A stretch of 60,094 nt of DNA, filler included, from Sphacelaria rigidula (taxonomy: Eukaryota), in assembly GCA_964200075.2 (NCBI GenBank). It is 10 parts of 10 records of this genome, joined end to end, with 100 filler letters (N's around TTAATTAATTAA, not from the genome) between each part and the next. Parts side by side here need not be neighbours in the genome. Positions count along the whole stretch, not along the records: positions 24,081 to 29,999 come from CAXNAA020023492.1; positions 30,100 to 36,018 come from CAXNAA020023493.1; positions 36,119 to 42,037 come from CAXNAA020023494.1; 7 more parts are not named here. One strand, 5' to 3'. Positions within the stretch are counted from its first letter, which is position 1. Every line of letters begins with the position of its first letter. The notes beneath the pieces were generated by a model, which was not told where the DNA came from, searched no databases, and worked only from the letters and a program-made list of their open reading frames with translations. Shown here one piece after another: positions 24,781 through 36,486 of this stretch. The position numbers were made by a program, and so were the translations under genes.

Positions 24781-25877
24781 TATACCCTGGACAATAGACT
24801 ATGTACTAGAACATTGGCGCTGCAATAACCCCGAAAATTTTACTGTCAATGTTCATTGTCAGTCATGATCGACTGGCATCAATGTCTATCGATATCTACT
24901 GTAGGCGACAATAGATTCGGGACGAGGGACGGAATGTATCATTGCCGTGACAGTGGCGGGGCCAACGTGTCTATTCATACATCGTATTTGTTGCAATAAG
25001 CTCTGAATTATGGCCACCAATGTCGATTGCCAATCACGATAGAATCTGCCACGCGGCCACCAATACCTATTGTTGGTCACAAAAGGATATCAATTGCGCC
25101 CACCAATGTCTATTCAGGGTCACAGTAGGACCTGAATCGCGGCCACCAATGTTTATCGCTGGTCACAATGTAATCTGAATCGCGACCACTAATATCTATT
25201 GCTGACCACGAAAGTAGCTGAATGGCGTCGATCACTAGCGCTATGTATGCACATATCTCGATGTATGTTTTCACCTCATTCCACAGAAGCTATGGCCAGC
25301 TATCGCCTCAGGTCGTTGCGTGTTCATGCGTGAAATACATTGTCGTTGATGTCATAAGACCACTGCAGTGAGCAACCTATTTTTCGAAACCTATCGTTGG
25401 CGTCACTGGCTATCGATAGGTGCTCTCGAGAACAATCGATTGCTGGCGGCCATGCCCATATTGATAGATACCAATAAATGCACTTTTGGCGGCAGAGGCT
25501 ACCGATAGACAGCTCACCAATCTTTTGATGACGGTACTAGGTATTGGTAGATGGCTTACTTAATCTGTTGATGACGGCAATGAGTATCGATGGATGGCTC
25601 ACCACATCTACTGATGACGGCGTTGGCTATCGATACATACATCCCAGAATCTATTGCGGTACACGATGTCCATCGATGGCGAGTGATCTCTATCTATTGT
25701 AATTGCCCTAGCCTATCGATCGACCATTGCAACATCTATTCTCCCTTGCGATACATATCAAAAGATGTGTTTCACCATCTATCGTGTTCGATAATATATA
25801 TATATATATATCGATAGATTTTCCCCTGTCTATTGCCGAAGCAATTGGCTATTAATGTGCCCATTGTCCAGAGTGTG
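24781..25877. mobile_element. Long (~1.1 kb) member of the CACAC-terminal family, filled with 42-43-bp tandem repeats
   Basis: Ends TATACCCTGGACAATAG…CATTGTCCAGAGTGTG. Flanks GATGTGCT/GATTTTTT match at 5/8. Internal arrays at 24990-25230 and 25430-25680. Confidence 0.65.
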
Positions 25878-25879
25878 GA

Positions 25880-26179
25880 TTTTTTCACGACGAGCAATGA
25901 CTCGTGTGCTCGAGTCACAATTTTTCTCACAACGAGAAATGACTCGTGTGCTCGAGCCGTTATTATTTTTTACAACGAGCAGTAACTCGTGTGCTCGAGC
26001 CATTCATCTTTATCACAACGAGCAGTGACTCGTGCCCTGGAGTCATTCATCTTTTTCACAACGAGTAATGATTCATGTGCTCGAGCCATTCCTTTTTTCA
26101 CAGCGAGCAATGACTCGAGTGCTCGCCCAATAAATGTACTATTCGAGAGATACCCACCGCCGCGCTTCAGTAGAACTTT

Positions 26180-26229
<50 letters not shown>

Positions 26230-26600
26230 GGGGGGGGGGGGTTGCTTGGATTAGATGAAAACGAGCTTTGGAGCTTGACGCTAGTACATGTGCAGATATG
26301 TGTATGAACTTGAAGATTCTAGGTTCAATATCGTCGAAGAGCACATTTTAATCATTTGCTCATCGGATTGCTGGCTACTCCCCTCAAGTTGTTCATCATG
26401 AATAATGCTGGTACCATTTGCGAGTTCTAATAATGACTCGTGTGCTCGAGTCGTTTACTTCTCCACCACGAGCAATGACTCGAGTGCTCGCCCCATTAAT
26501 TTTTTCCATAACAAGCAATAACTCGAGTACTCGCTCTACTACTTTTCACGGCCAAAGAGCAGCCCAACGAGTGCGAGTGCCACGAGTCACATTCGTGCTC
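25880..26600. repeat. ~42-bp tandem repeat with palindromic core, interrupted by (CT)n/poly-G
   Basis: TTTTCACAACGAGCAATGACTCGTGTGCTCGAG about six times at 25880-26130 and about three times at 26430-26545. Confidence 0.85.
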
Positions 26601-26720
26601 GTCCGACGTGTGAGAAGTTCGAACAAATTGCTGTCGACTGAAACCAATTATTTAGTATTTTCAAGCATGAATCAGAACAGATCGGGGAACAGTCTTCTTG
26701 AGTTGACATCTATGGAACAG

Positions 26721-27077
26721 TGCTGTCGTCCAGTTCATTCTGTACACCTGTCTACTCCTTTCGGTATATGTGGGCGCACCCATCGGGGTCACACAGACAG
26801 GAGGAAGGCCAACACAGGAGTTTTTTGTTTGGTTTGATTTTGCTACTCGTCGCCCCCCCCGGTCGCTCAATTGGTAACTTCGAAACTTTTGACGGCTGGA
26901 TCGAGGGTTCGATTCTCGGAGCGATCTAGGATTTTTTCTCACACGATGCCCGACAACAGTGGAGAGCGACTATGCCGTGGGTACACAAAATTCGACTTAA
27001 TGGTCGACGAGGAATAGGGACTGCTGAACTCCTCTCGGGAGAAAAAAAAAAGGCAAGCACCGCAGAAGGAAGGTGGA
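26721..27077 (-). mobile_element. SINE family 1 copy with inverted 5' portion
   Basis: The 3' third lies on - (26721-26848) and the tRNA head plus body lie on + (26850-27077). The two parts are contiguous in intact copies. Confidence 0.8.
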
Positions 27078-28708
27078 CCGACTCAATATTCATGGAAGAG
27101 AGTATTCGGGTGCTCCGTAAAATACGCTGAAAACCTAGGGATACTCGTACCGACCGTTTTCCCGTGCCTCAAGGAATGCTCGCACACCAAAAATCAGCGC
27201 CATCCGCTGATGATGTGACGGGTTGTTTATACAAGGGATTCTAGTATTGACATATTACCTCTGTAATAGTATGTAGTGGTACCTACATGTCATGGTATTT
27301 ACTCGACATGGTGTTCAATCAACGAGAAAGCACTGGGCCCAGCCGCTTGAGTACAGAGAAACAAGATGTGCGATAGCGGCCCAATTCCTCCGCATCGGTG
27401 AGATATGGCTGCGACAGTTTGAATCCGATTCCGCGCTGGTCCAGCTCGTAGAACCAGAAACTTTTAAGCACATATTTGGGGAGCCGAGTTGAGGAGAAGT
27501 CTACCGTAATCGATATCCCAGGAACTCTAGAGCAGCCGATTCAAGCCAAAACGGGTGCTGAGGAAGTCGGGCATGTCCTTCAGACTCTGAACCCTATAAA
27601 AATTCGAATATATATCTTACTTAACTAAAACCAAGTATTTTCAACCATGATTGTGGAGAACAGATTGAGGAGAACAACTTTTAACCTTACATCCATCGTT
27701 CCATTCGTTGACATTCCCGGAACCCTGGGGTATCCGGTACTGTCTGTTGATACCACTCAACGCTGAAAACCCAGGGCAACTCGTGGCCAGGTACTGGTTA
27801 CAAGAGCCTGTGGTACGTTGTACTGTGCGGTGTAGTTTCTGTTCTCTGAGTTTGTCGTCCATGGTCCTTAATTACTCGTTCCCGCTGTGTTTACGGCTGT
27901 GTATTATGGTGGATTCGGAGAACGGAAGGGTATATGGTCACGCCGCTTATTCATGCCCGTCTTCAACACTCTTGTCCGTCTTCAAAACTCCTGTATTGAT
28001 AATAGTACTCTGGTACGCACTTTTTGCCCTTCACATACATGGTTCATAGTTCGCAAGACTGTTACATACCTGGTTGTCCGGAGTCCATAGCAGCGCGTAC
28101 GCGGACGTTCAAAATGATCGCAGGCCGTGACTTGAATCAGAGCAAGTTCAGCGACTACCTCCCTCCCCGTTTCAGCAAGGTTTTTGTCTATCTGGCTGGC
28201 ACGTCATCTACCGTACGATGTACAAGAGTAGCTTTCGAAGCAACTTGGAACTAAGGTCTCCTATTGGTTGCAAACCCGCCGCATCGGAAGTCTCCCCGTG
28301 CGGCCGTATCTCGCACGCAGGCCGCCAACAGAACATCAGAACATTCTCTGCCATGATACATATTTCCTCATGGTCAGAGTAAGCACCCTTCTTATTTTGA
28401 CTATTTCTTGTTTTGTAGCAGGTTTTGAGGCCGAAGTCCTGATTTTATCAACAACTCGAGGTTTATTTGAGAAGTAACCTCTTGAATTTTCGAAGCCAGC
28501 GCCTGCTGGCTGTGCAGACTGAAGGGTATGACATACGAGTATTCTTACCGTACAAATGTCATGACCTTTGAATTTGGTGCAGACAGAATACTGTGAGAAG
28601 GTCATATATCCTTTGGTGCAGACAGAATGCTGCACGCTTTTGCTTCTAATGCTTCCCCATAGTTCGCACAAATTATGCGATCTTGTTTTTCGGCTCACCT
28701 CCCACTGA

Positions 28709-28898
28709 GGCCGTGTCTTATCAAATTGTTTTCGACTCGAAAACGTACGGTGGAATCAAATTTGCTCCTACCTGATACGTCCACGGCATCTATGTTCTCA
28801 AACGTCTGAGAAAATGAGCAGCGTGGACGAATCAGAAACGAGCGAATTCGATTCCACCGTACGTTTTCGAGTCGAAAACAATTTGACGAGACACGGCC
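28709..28898. mobile_element. PIF/Harbinger-like MITE
   Basis: TGA|GGCCGTGTCTTATCAAATTGTTTTCGACTCGAAAACGTACGGTGGAATC… ~58-bp TIR …GACACGGCC|TGA; 3-bp TSD. Confidence 0.85.
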
Positions 28899-29174
28899 TG
28901 ACAGGGCTAACTCAAAGTGAATTAAATGATTTTCTCCCGAGCGCGATTATGGCTGCGGGCGTTTGAAAATCGGCACTCGGCATTGAGGACCCGTCTGAAA
29001 TCAGGGCACGAACAACGATCGAGGTATCACATGGGACATGCATGTCCTGTCTCATTGTCTGTGCTGCAGCGTAAACACACTCACGCCCTCTCTCATGTGC
29101 TGTATATACTGCGACTGCGCTGTGGTGTGTTCAGACCTTTCTGCGAAGATCTCTAACTCTAAAAGAGGGAAATA

Positions 29175-29531
29175 CACGCGGCCATTTGGCTACCCTCAGA
29201 ATTCCTCGAGGTCGGTCAACTTTTCGAGCCTCCAGAGGAACTAAACGCCTCCGGAGGGGTGCCCGGCCCTCCATATCGCAGGAAAATTCTTGGGTTCCTC
29301 CACAGGGGTCAAACGCCTCCGGAGGCTTGTTTTGTCTCTACTCTAGAGGGCCGCGCATCTCTCCGAAGGCATTTTGCTACCCCCAACTTCCTCCGGACGG
29401 GTGTACCCTCCAGATGTCGATAGTGTTTGGTTTCCTCCAGAGGGATTGAAGGCCGCCGGAGACTTGTCTTGCCTCTGGAGGGTCGCGCATCCCTTCGGAG
29501 GAATTTTGGGGGGTAGCCAAATGGCCGCGTG
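29175..29531. mobile_element. TIR element with CAC termini and internal CTCCGGAG-type motif array
   Basis: Perfect 21-bp TIR CACGCGGCCATTTGGCTACCC / GGGTAGCCAAATGGCCGCGTG. About ten CTCC(G/A)GAG-like motifs lie inside. Confidence 0.8.
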
Positions 29532-30121
29532 TGAAACCATTTAATTCGGGAGAAAAAGACTACACACGTTACTACCTAACCCTAACCCTAGTTTCCCTCG
29601 CGTACTACGCACTATACGGAGATAGCGTCCGTGCTAGAATATATCTGAAACCCCAAACGAAACATTCAGCGGATGACGACGAGTTTGGGTGTGGACATTC
29701 CCTGGAGGACGGGGGAACGATAGATATTCTCACGTTCACCTAATTCGTCATCTATCTGTCTCGAGATGTGGCGCACGTGCGATTCAATCCGCAAATCAAT
29801 ATATTACGAGCAGAGGCACTACATGCACTAAATCTGGGTACGAGCTGGGCCAGCCGAGAAGCGAATTTGTAGTTTGCAGGCCAGTTGTACGGCCAAGACT
29901 TAGAGGTGGACCCTGAAATTTGATATGGACAATGAAAACGGCATAACGAAAACAATTACCAGTGCACACATGTTTGATTGTTTTTTCATGAGTTAACCCN
30001 NNNNNNNNNNNNNNNNNNNNNNNNNNNNNNNNNNNNNNNNNNNTTAATTAATTAANNNNNNNNNNNNNNNNNNNNNNNNNNNNNNNNNNNNNNNNNNNNG
30101 TTGGTGCTGTGTTTCGTTCTC

Positions 30122-30164
<43 letters not shown>

Positions 30165-30779
30165 GTTGGGTGAAGCCGTGTGGGGATTCATATTCGCAAC
30201 CTATGGAAGTGGAGGCTCCTCCATCACCTGCACCATCGTAGTGCAGCGGCGTCACGCGAACAGTTCCACACGCGGCCCAATTCTACTTTTGTTTTTGTTT
30301 CGCCGGAGTGTCACCGGGATCTTTTGTGCGCGAGTGAAAGGTTCGTGTTTCGGGATACAACCGTTTTGCGTTTCTTTCATCCAGGGGTTGAGGGGTGCTT
30401 GTGGTCATTCACGATGGTTACAAAACATCCCTCTTTCCATCCAGCTAGATTATCTTCAAAAAAGGAACTGAAGTGGTATGAAGACCCTGATGTTCCCAAA
30501 AAAGTGCTCTCTCGAGGGAGAAGGGAAGCCGATACTTGATTGAGTTCTTGACATCACCATTGCGAAAGAGAAAATGATGATCCGTCACTTCCGAAAAACA
30601 AATGTTGGGCGGCCAAGCTTGCACTCTTCCGAATGCGGATTGCTCGTTTCAATCATCATCCGGCCTCCCGACGGCGGGACGATCATGTACCCCTTACCTG
30701 GTAAGAGAACTGAACACCGAAGACGTCAGCCCCCATAGTGGCGCAGTACGAAGCGCAGATCTGCACATACCGCAATCCA

Positions 30780-32760
30780 GAAAAGAGGGGGAAAGGGAGT
30801 TTGATGGGTCGACTTGAGCGTAGGACATAGTGAAGATTACGTGTCCTAATATCGAGATATCACTCAGCTGCAGGGCTGCAGATGAGCGACCGTTTGGTTT
30901 TTTGAAACTATTTTTCTCCCTCAAACTACGACGTGGCTGCTTTGGAGTATCTATTCCCACAGTAGGGGAGTGACCCCATCATGCTGTGTCATCACGCTGT
31001 GGGCTGCGTCCCAAGCAAAGCCGGATCATGCATTCTAGGCACCCTGCATGTGCAGTGTTTGGTCCCAAGACGCCCACTAGAATTTTGCCAGGAATTGTTT
31101 CGCCACGTTTCATTCGCAGGGCAACTCCGCACCCAAGAGCTATACGGTGCAACTTACATGGGTAGCGGGCTCGCCGCACACCCAAGTACTATCTAGCACT
31201 GCAGACACAGCGAGCCCATCCCGAGGGCGAGATTCACCGTTGGATACGAGGGGCTGGAGATGCGATGGAAAGCGGGATCACCCCGCTTCATGACTAGATT
31301 TATGAAAAGAAAAGTTGATTTCCCTCTGCGTCCAGTGAAGAGACCAACAGAAAAGCAAACCGACTACACGTCGTGTACTCCGCGCAACAAATCACGCGAG
31401 TAGTGGGAGTTATCTCGTAACTCACCGAGGGAGTCATTGCTCGTTCCCCGTCCGGGCAGTTCGATGCAGCAAGCGTAAGGGCGCGGTCGCTCACTTGGTC
31501 GGCATAGCACCCAAGGGACTAGAAACGTCAAACGTCGCATCAAAGAAGCGAGGGGCATGTTCGGAAGAACACCAATGAGTCAGGCGCATATGTTGAGCTT
31601 CTCAATAATTGGTGACATATCAAAACTGTTCAACCCGACACCGCTGCTGACAGACCCAAAGAGCTAGACCCCGGTGTCATCGCTAACCACACGCGATGGG
31701 CGCCGAGCAGGCCGCGCCATCATTCATGGCTTCAACGCTCCTCATGTCAGGCAGCGTGCGGGACACACCAGCCACGACACATGTGATACCCACGGACATC
31801 GTGTGCGTACTGGAAAAGATGAGGTGTGATCCTACGATGGGGGGGGTGGGTTCATTTCACGAAAAACAGGGATTCGCGGGCGTGTCAGACTATCCAACTA
31901 CTCGCGGTGCGGTTTTTTTGGGGTGAGATTGGTGTTGAATGGTGCGATTGAGTGTCGTATTGGTACCGAGCGCGTTCGAACAGATGTCGCTCTTCCAACG
32001 ACGGTTTGAGGTGCAATAATGTGGGGAAATTTCCCTAAAATACCCCCTCTCCCGCCCTGCCAGATCGTACATCACTTTAGAGAATGGTTTCCGCACCGTG
32101 AACAGCGGTTGGACGGGCGCTTGGTCCAGGCAGGTGGAGGAGCAAAAGTCTCCGCAAGGCAGGAGGATGACTCGCCAGTCGTAGATATCACCACTGACGA
32201 ATTCCCTGGTCAGAACATATAGCTCACCCTGCGTGCAAAATAAAGGGCGTGGGATACGCGTTATATAAATCATTTTCCACGCCGAGTGGGTGGGCAGGAG
32301 GTGGGAGAATGTGGTTTGTTACCCGCACAACTGTGCATCATCGGCTTCGCTTCTCAGCCAGATATTCGTGTGCGTGCTTTGGCCTACTCGAATCCACTCA
32401 TGATTACTTGTGTGATGAGTTGGGTAGGCATGCCCTGCGAGTGCGGGGGCACGGTCACTCTCGCTCTCACCGCATTGTCCTCGGCGAAGGCAATGACCCA
32501 CACGCTTCCGTCAGCCAAAATGGTCCCAGCTTTCCATTCTCCATCAACCTCTTTCATGTAGTACAGCTTACTGAGGATATCAGTCGGGAAATATCACACA
32601 CACATGGACAGCCAGCGAGGCGAAAAGCAACAACGATCACGTGTCGAAGTACAAACGAGCGCAACTACCATTTGTCATCAACGATTCACCGGCTAGATTT
32701 TCTCCTCTGCAATCAGCCGTCTGTCAGCTGTCCCACCTTCTTCGTCGAATTGTTGGCGAC
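30780..32760 (+). mobile_element. Highly decayed CRE-like (restriction-like endonuclease) non-LTR retrotransposon
   Basis: Ordered relic motifs: LSST/TQRAHPEG (~31195-31230, cf. GxQQGDPLG), VIS*LTEGVIA (31409-31441, cf. YLDDG), AEQAAPSFMAS (~31700), and RLRF…CAC…CDELGRHAL…SH (32340-32470, CCHC knuckle). Confidence 0.5.
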
Positions 32761-33124
32761 GATCCGAGTGAACAGATAATACCCTGCGAGAGGGAATGGA
32801 AACCGGCCACCAGTTCGTCTACCGGCCACCGGTTCGCCTACCGCCATTTCACGAGGACGGGAGCCTAGAATCATGACGAGAGATATGCAGCGACAACTAG
32901 AAGGTGGCCAAAAGAGGGCTCAAAAAACGGCTTCCAGAACAGAGGTAGGGTACCTCCCCTTGGGTACAGCCAGATTTTCGGCGTGTTTGTGTTAACAGGG
33001 CCGCCGTGCGCCGGTGCGCTGATGGTACAAATTGACACGATCGGAGTCAAACAACGCAGATTTAATTATAGCCGGATACGTTCAGTTTGACTTTGTCCTC
33101 TGAGGCATTTGTCTCAACTTCCTA

Positions 33125-33340
33125 GAAATTTCGTGAGAACGTGAGTAGCTAAACATATATATATATATATATATCGCTGACTTGGTCAGACTACAATCGA
33201 CGTGGTGCGGGATTGCTGACTCCATCCGCGATATCAAAATACAATATGTACACCGAGGGAGAGAAAGGTTGAACTCTTGAGACCCCGGGCTCGTACCCAG
33301 GAAGGCGGTGGGTCAGATATGAGGACAGAAACAAAAAAAA
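33125..33340 (+). mobile_element. SINE family 2, 3' portion
   Basis: Aligns with the reverse complement of 40880-41070 (GTGAGAACGTGA, TGCTGAC.C.ATCCGCGA.ATCAAAAT, A-rich tail). Confidence 0.6.
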
Positions 33341-33360
33341 GCACCCAGTACATTACTCAC

Positions 33361-33439
33361 TTTTGCGGGTCGGCATCGCCGAACACGTAGGTGTTGCCCA
33401 AGACTTCAGAGAAGAGCTGTCCATGATACATGAATCCAC
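33361..33439 (-). CDS. Glucose/sorbosone dehydrogenase (HHIP-like beta-propeller), exon C
   Basis: GCCAG| (G)GFMYHGQLFSEVLGNTYVFGDADPQ |GTGAGT. Phase-compatible with exon B; GG..Y.G..F..L…Y.FGD motif. Confidence 0.88.
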
Positions 33440-33818
33440 CTGGCAAGAGTTGAAAATGGTGTGCGCACGAGCGAGTTTCAGATGAAGGCCACACCGACGG
33501 CGGTCATCGAAAGTATCAAGTGTTCTTGTCAACTGTTCCTGAACCAGAAAGTTAAGGGCGCCTAGCTTACGCGAGGCCAAGATCTACTGTAGAACCGGTC
33601 CAGAGAAAAAAAAAGAGAAATGCAACAGGAAGAAGGCCAAGTATAAGAACGTGAAGACAATACACACGCAAGGCAAAAAAAAAAACGCAGATTGTGGTAC
33701 TGCACCCCCGTTCACGAGGATATAAGCGCCCGAGCCAGGCATGAAACAACGGGGATTTCGGAAGAGCCCCTCGTCAGGGTGCCTCCCTGAAGCTCCTTCA
33801 TACCCCGATAAGACTTAC

Positions 33819-34042
33819 CAATGACGGAGTTTCCGACGAGCGCTCGCTGCCCGCAGATGTCTTCGCCATCAGTGTTGGGATCTTCGTCGGCCGTGCCCGA
33901 GAAGTAGTCGGGGTGGCAGTACTCGAAAATCGGAAATTCGTAGCCTGAGCGGTCTGTGCCATCGCAGGGGCCGTGAATGTCTTCACGTTCGGCTTGGCAG
34001 CGTCTGCCTTCAAACTTGCCCCACCCGTAGTTTTTGCCGCAT
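33819..34042 (-). CDS. Glucose/sorbosone dehydrogenase, exon B
   Basis: TGCAG| CGKNYGWGKFEGRRC…YEFPIFEYCHPD…VGNSVIG |GTAAGT; G.NYGW..FEG motif. Confidence 0.92.
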
Positions 34043-34851
34043 CTGCATCATGACGTATTTTGGGTTTCCGTGAGGATGATCAAGAATTCGGGGGTCGAGA
34101 GCAGCACCATGGTGTGCCTCGGATATCCAGGAATTTCGATTTAATGAACAAAAATGCAGGTACCAGGTGGATGTGAGTGTGTGTATGGCTGAAGGATAAG
34201 GATGCACAAATGGACGTCCCCCTGTGATCGAAGGGTCAGACCAAATCAGGTAAGGTGTGAAAGGTTCTGCGATAGGGGTGCACTAGGGGAGCCTCTCGAT
34301 GACAAAATATTGACCTAGGTGTGCAGCCAAGGAATTTCTCGCGGACAAAAAGGTGCACCTCTACCGTGGAAGGAAGCACTGTGGTGGGAGGATTATCACT
34401 CCTCGTGCAGAACTGTGATAAAATTGTGTCGCCCAGAGTTACAGGTTGACTTCCCGCCATTCTACACAGTTATCACGATACAGTATATTTAACTACTGGG
34501 TGGCAGAAGAGATCTCCCCAAGCCAATGTCGGGCGTTAAACCTCACGGGGATCTTCATGTATATTTCACACATCAAACAGATCATGATTCGTCAGAAATG
34601 ACCGATCGAAGAGTGTTCCCGGGTCGTTGGTCCAAAAACACAAGACATGCGACCGCAGAGTCAGCAGAGCCAAAACAAAATTTCTGCACTGCTCGACGTG
34701 CTCAACGTCCGGCGCTGCAAATAGCGAACATGGAAAATGGGGGCCACATGATCCGGATCACGATCCGCATCAGTGAGAAGACGTGATTTTCAGACGGGTC
34801 ATGATCCTGTACGACGGATGGACATATTTTTCGAGCGGGTGTTTGATGTCA

Positions 34852-35041
34852 GGCCTTGTCCCAGCACATGAGTTTTCGATTGATTATGTGCGGTGGAGAA
34901 CTAAAATCCCCGATCTGATAGGCCGAAATTTCAACCATCGTCGAAAATTTTGAAGATGGCTGAAATCACAGCCTATCTGATCGGGATTTTTGTGTTCCAA
35001 AGCACAATTTTGATCGAAAACTAATGTACTAAGACAGGCCC
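34852..35041. mobile_element. PIF/Harbinger-like MITE in a GSDH intron
   Basis: TCA|GGCCTTGTC…GACAGGCCC|TCA; nearly palindromic along its whole length. Confidence 0.75.
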
Positions 35042-35312
35042 TCAGTCCAAGATACTTTTGAGTAACGTATAATACGGGTGGTCGCTCCTAAAACTTGAAG
35101 ATGGGACGTCACGGCACGTCAGAATCACGGCTTGACTTCAGACCTGTACGTCATAGTTGTGCTCGAAGTTCAGCTATGATTCGGTGTCGTCGGGGATTGA
35201 ATGATGACCACATGAGGGTTGTTGAGCTGTGTTCAGTTTATGAGCATGCCCCCACACACATCAAAATTCACAATTTCAAGCTACGCTATGTCGTTGCACA
35301 TTCGGCACTCAC

Positions 35313-35436
35313 TCGACTTTGTAGATGGATTCCACGCGGATGTGACCGACATCACCGCAGAAGAGGTCGTCGCTAAGTCTGTCGAAGCTGCACCGGAACG
35401 GGTTGCGGAAGCCATAAGAGCAGATCTCGGGCAAGG
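35313..35436 (-). CDS. Glucose/sorbosone dehydrogenase, exon A
   Basis: CGCAG| LPEICSYGFRNPFRCSFDRLSDDLFCGDVGHIRVESIYKV(E) |GTGAGT; G.RNP.R.SFD…GDVG motif; phase-compatible with exon B. Confidence 0.92.
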
Positions 35437-35867
35437 CTGCGGTATGATGACGCACAGTGCACAGTGGCAACGCAGGAGCAGATTTTCGAAAACGGGAATC
35501 ACGGAATGGGTACTCGTACTCGAAGCCGTTTCCTCTACAAACGCCTCGTACTTATTATACAAGAATCACTTGCCGGGCAGGGGGCGGGGTGGAGACACGA
35601 GAGTGTGATAACCCGTCTCTTTATTTTCCAATAATTTTGCAAACAACGCTTGTGCACTACCCTCTGACAACCACGCCACCAGCTTCTAACTTGGAACTCA
35701 TCGTGCACTCGATTTATTTCCGACTAGGAAATGAAAAAGAAGACTCTGGTTTTCCGTAGTCAGGAGGCGTCGTATGTGTTGATGCGGTGTTGTACTAGGA
35801 ATTACGCAATACCGGAAGACATCGTATGGTATTCTCCCCCCCTCCCCCCTCCCCATGTATTCCATTG

Positions 35868-35932
35868 CTCCGTCTCCAAAGGGATGCGTGGTCAATGGTC
35901 AAACGACCACGGCAAGCAACATATGAGCACCC
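35868..35932 (+). mobile_element. Short 3'-end fragment of the LINE family, followed by poly-C
   Basis: AAAGGGATGCGTGGTCAATGGTCAAACGAC matches the reverse complement of 9750-9779. Confidence 0.75.
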
Positions 35933-36118
35933 CCCCCCCCCCCCCCCCCCACCCCCCCCACGCGGCTCGCTACAACCCCCCCCGAGCCCCCACCACCCCC
36001 TTCCCACCCTCCCCTTCCNNNNNNNNNNNNNNNNNNNNNNNNNNNNNNNNNNNNNNNNNNNNTTAATTAATTAANNNNNNNNNNNNNNNNNNNNNNNNNN
36101 NNNNNNNNNNNNNNNNNN

Positions 36119-36303
36119 GTCATCGACACGCGTGTACACCGCATTCATTAGGTGCGCCTGGCCACAGCTGCTTAACTGCTACGGACATTTGGAGGGGAAG
36201 ATGGCTTCGCTCGGTCGCAAGTGTTTCGCGTCATCCCTGCAAAAAAGAATGCCACTTGAACCTCATTTTTGAGATGGACCCCATTTTCCAGGATCCGCTG
36301 TTA
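36119..36303 (-). repeat. Repeat family C, terminal part
   Basis: Colinear with 14903-15090. Confidence 0.85.
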
Positions 36304-36486
36304 CATGATATTGAACCTAGTACCCGTCAAACGTGAATACCTCGAGGGCAACCGTTGGTGGGTATTAGGTTTTGCACTATACATAATCTCAATATCTGCT
36401 TATTCCAGTAGGAAAGAGCTCGTTCGGCTCCCTTTTGTTCAGGATCGCCTGCTATGAGCAGCTTGATCTACACCTCACAATGAAAT

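Noticed and set aside
25880..26130. CRISPR array
   Set aside because: Inter-repeat segments are short and homologous, not unique spacers. There are no cas genes and the context is eukaryotic.
27300..28350. Exon-like fragments on the - strand (FWFYELDQRG…, IDKNLAETGRE…)
   Set aside because: Stops interrupt the frames, and I could not build a consistent model or assign a family.
29575..29592. Telomeric CCCTAA repeats
   Set aside because: Only about two units; too short to call an interstitial telomere.
33735..33790. Hammerhead-like CTGACGA…GAAA on the - strand in a GSDH intron
   Set aside because: Stem II is weak, and stems I and III cannot close around a cleavage triplet.
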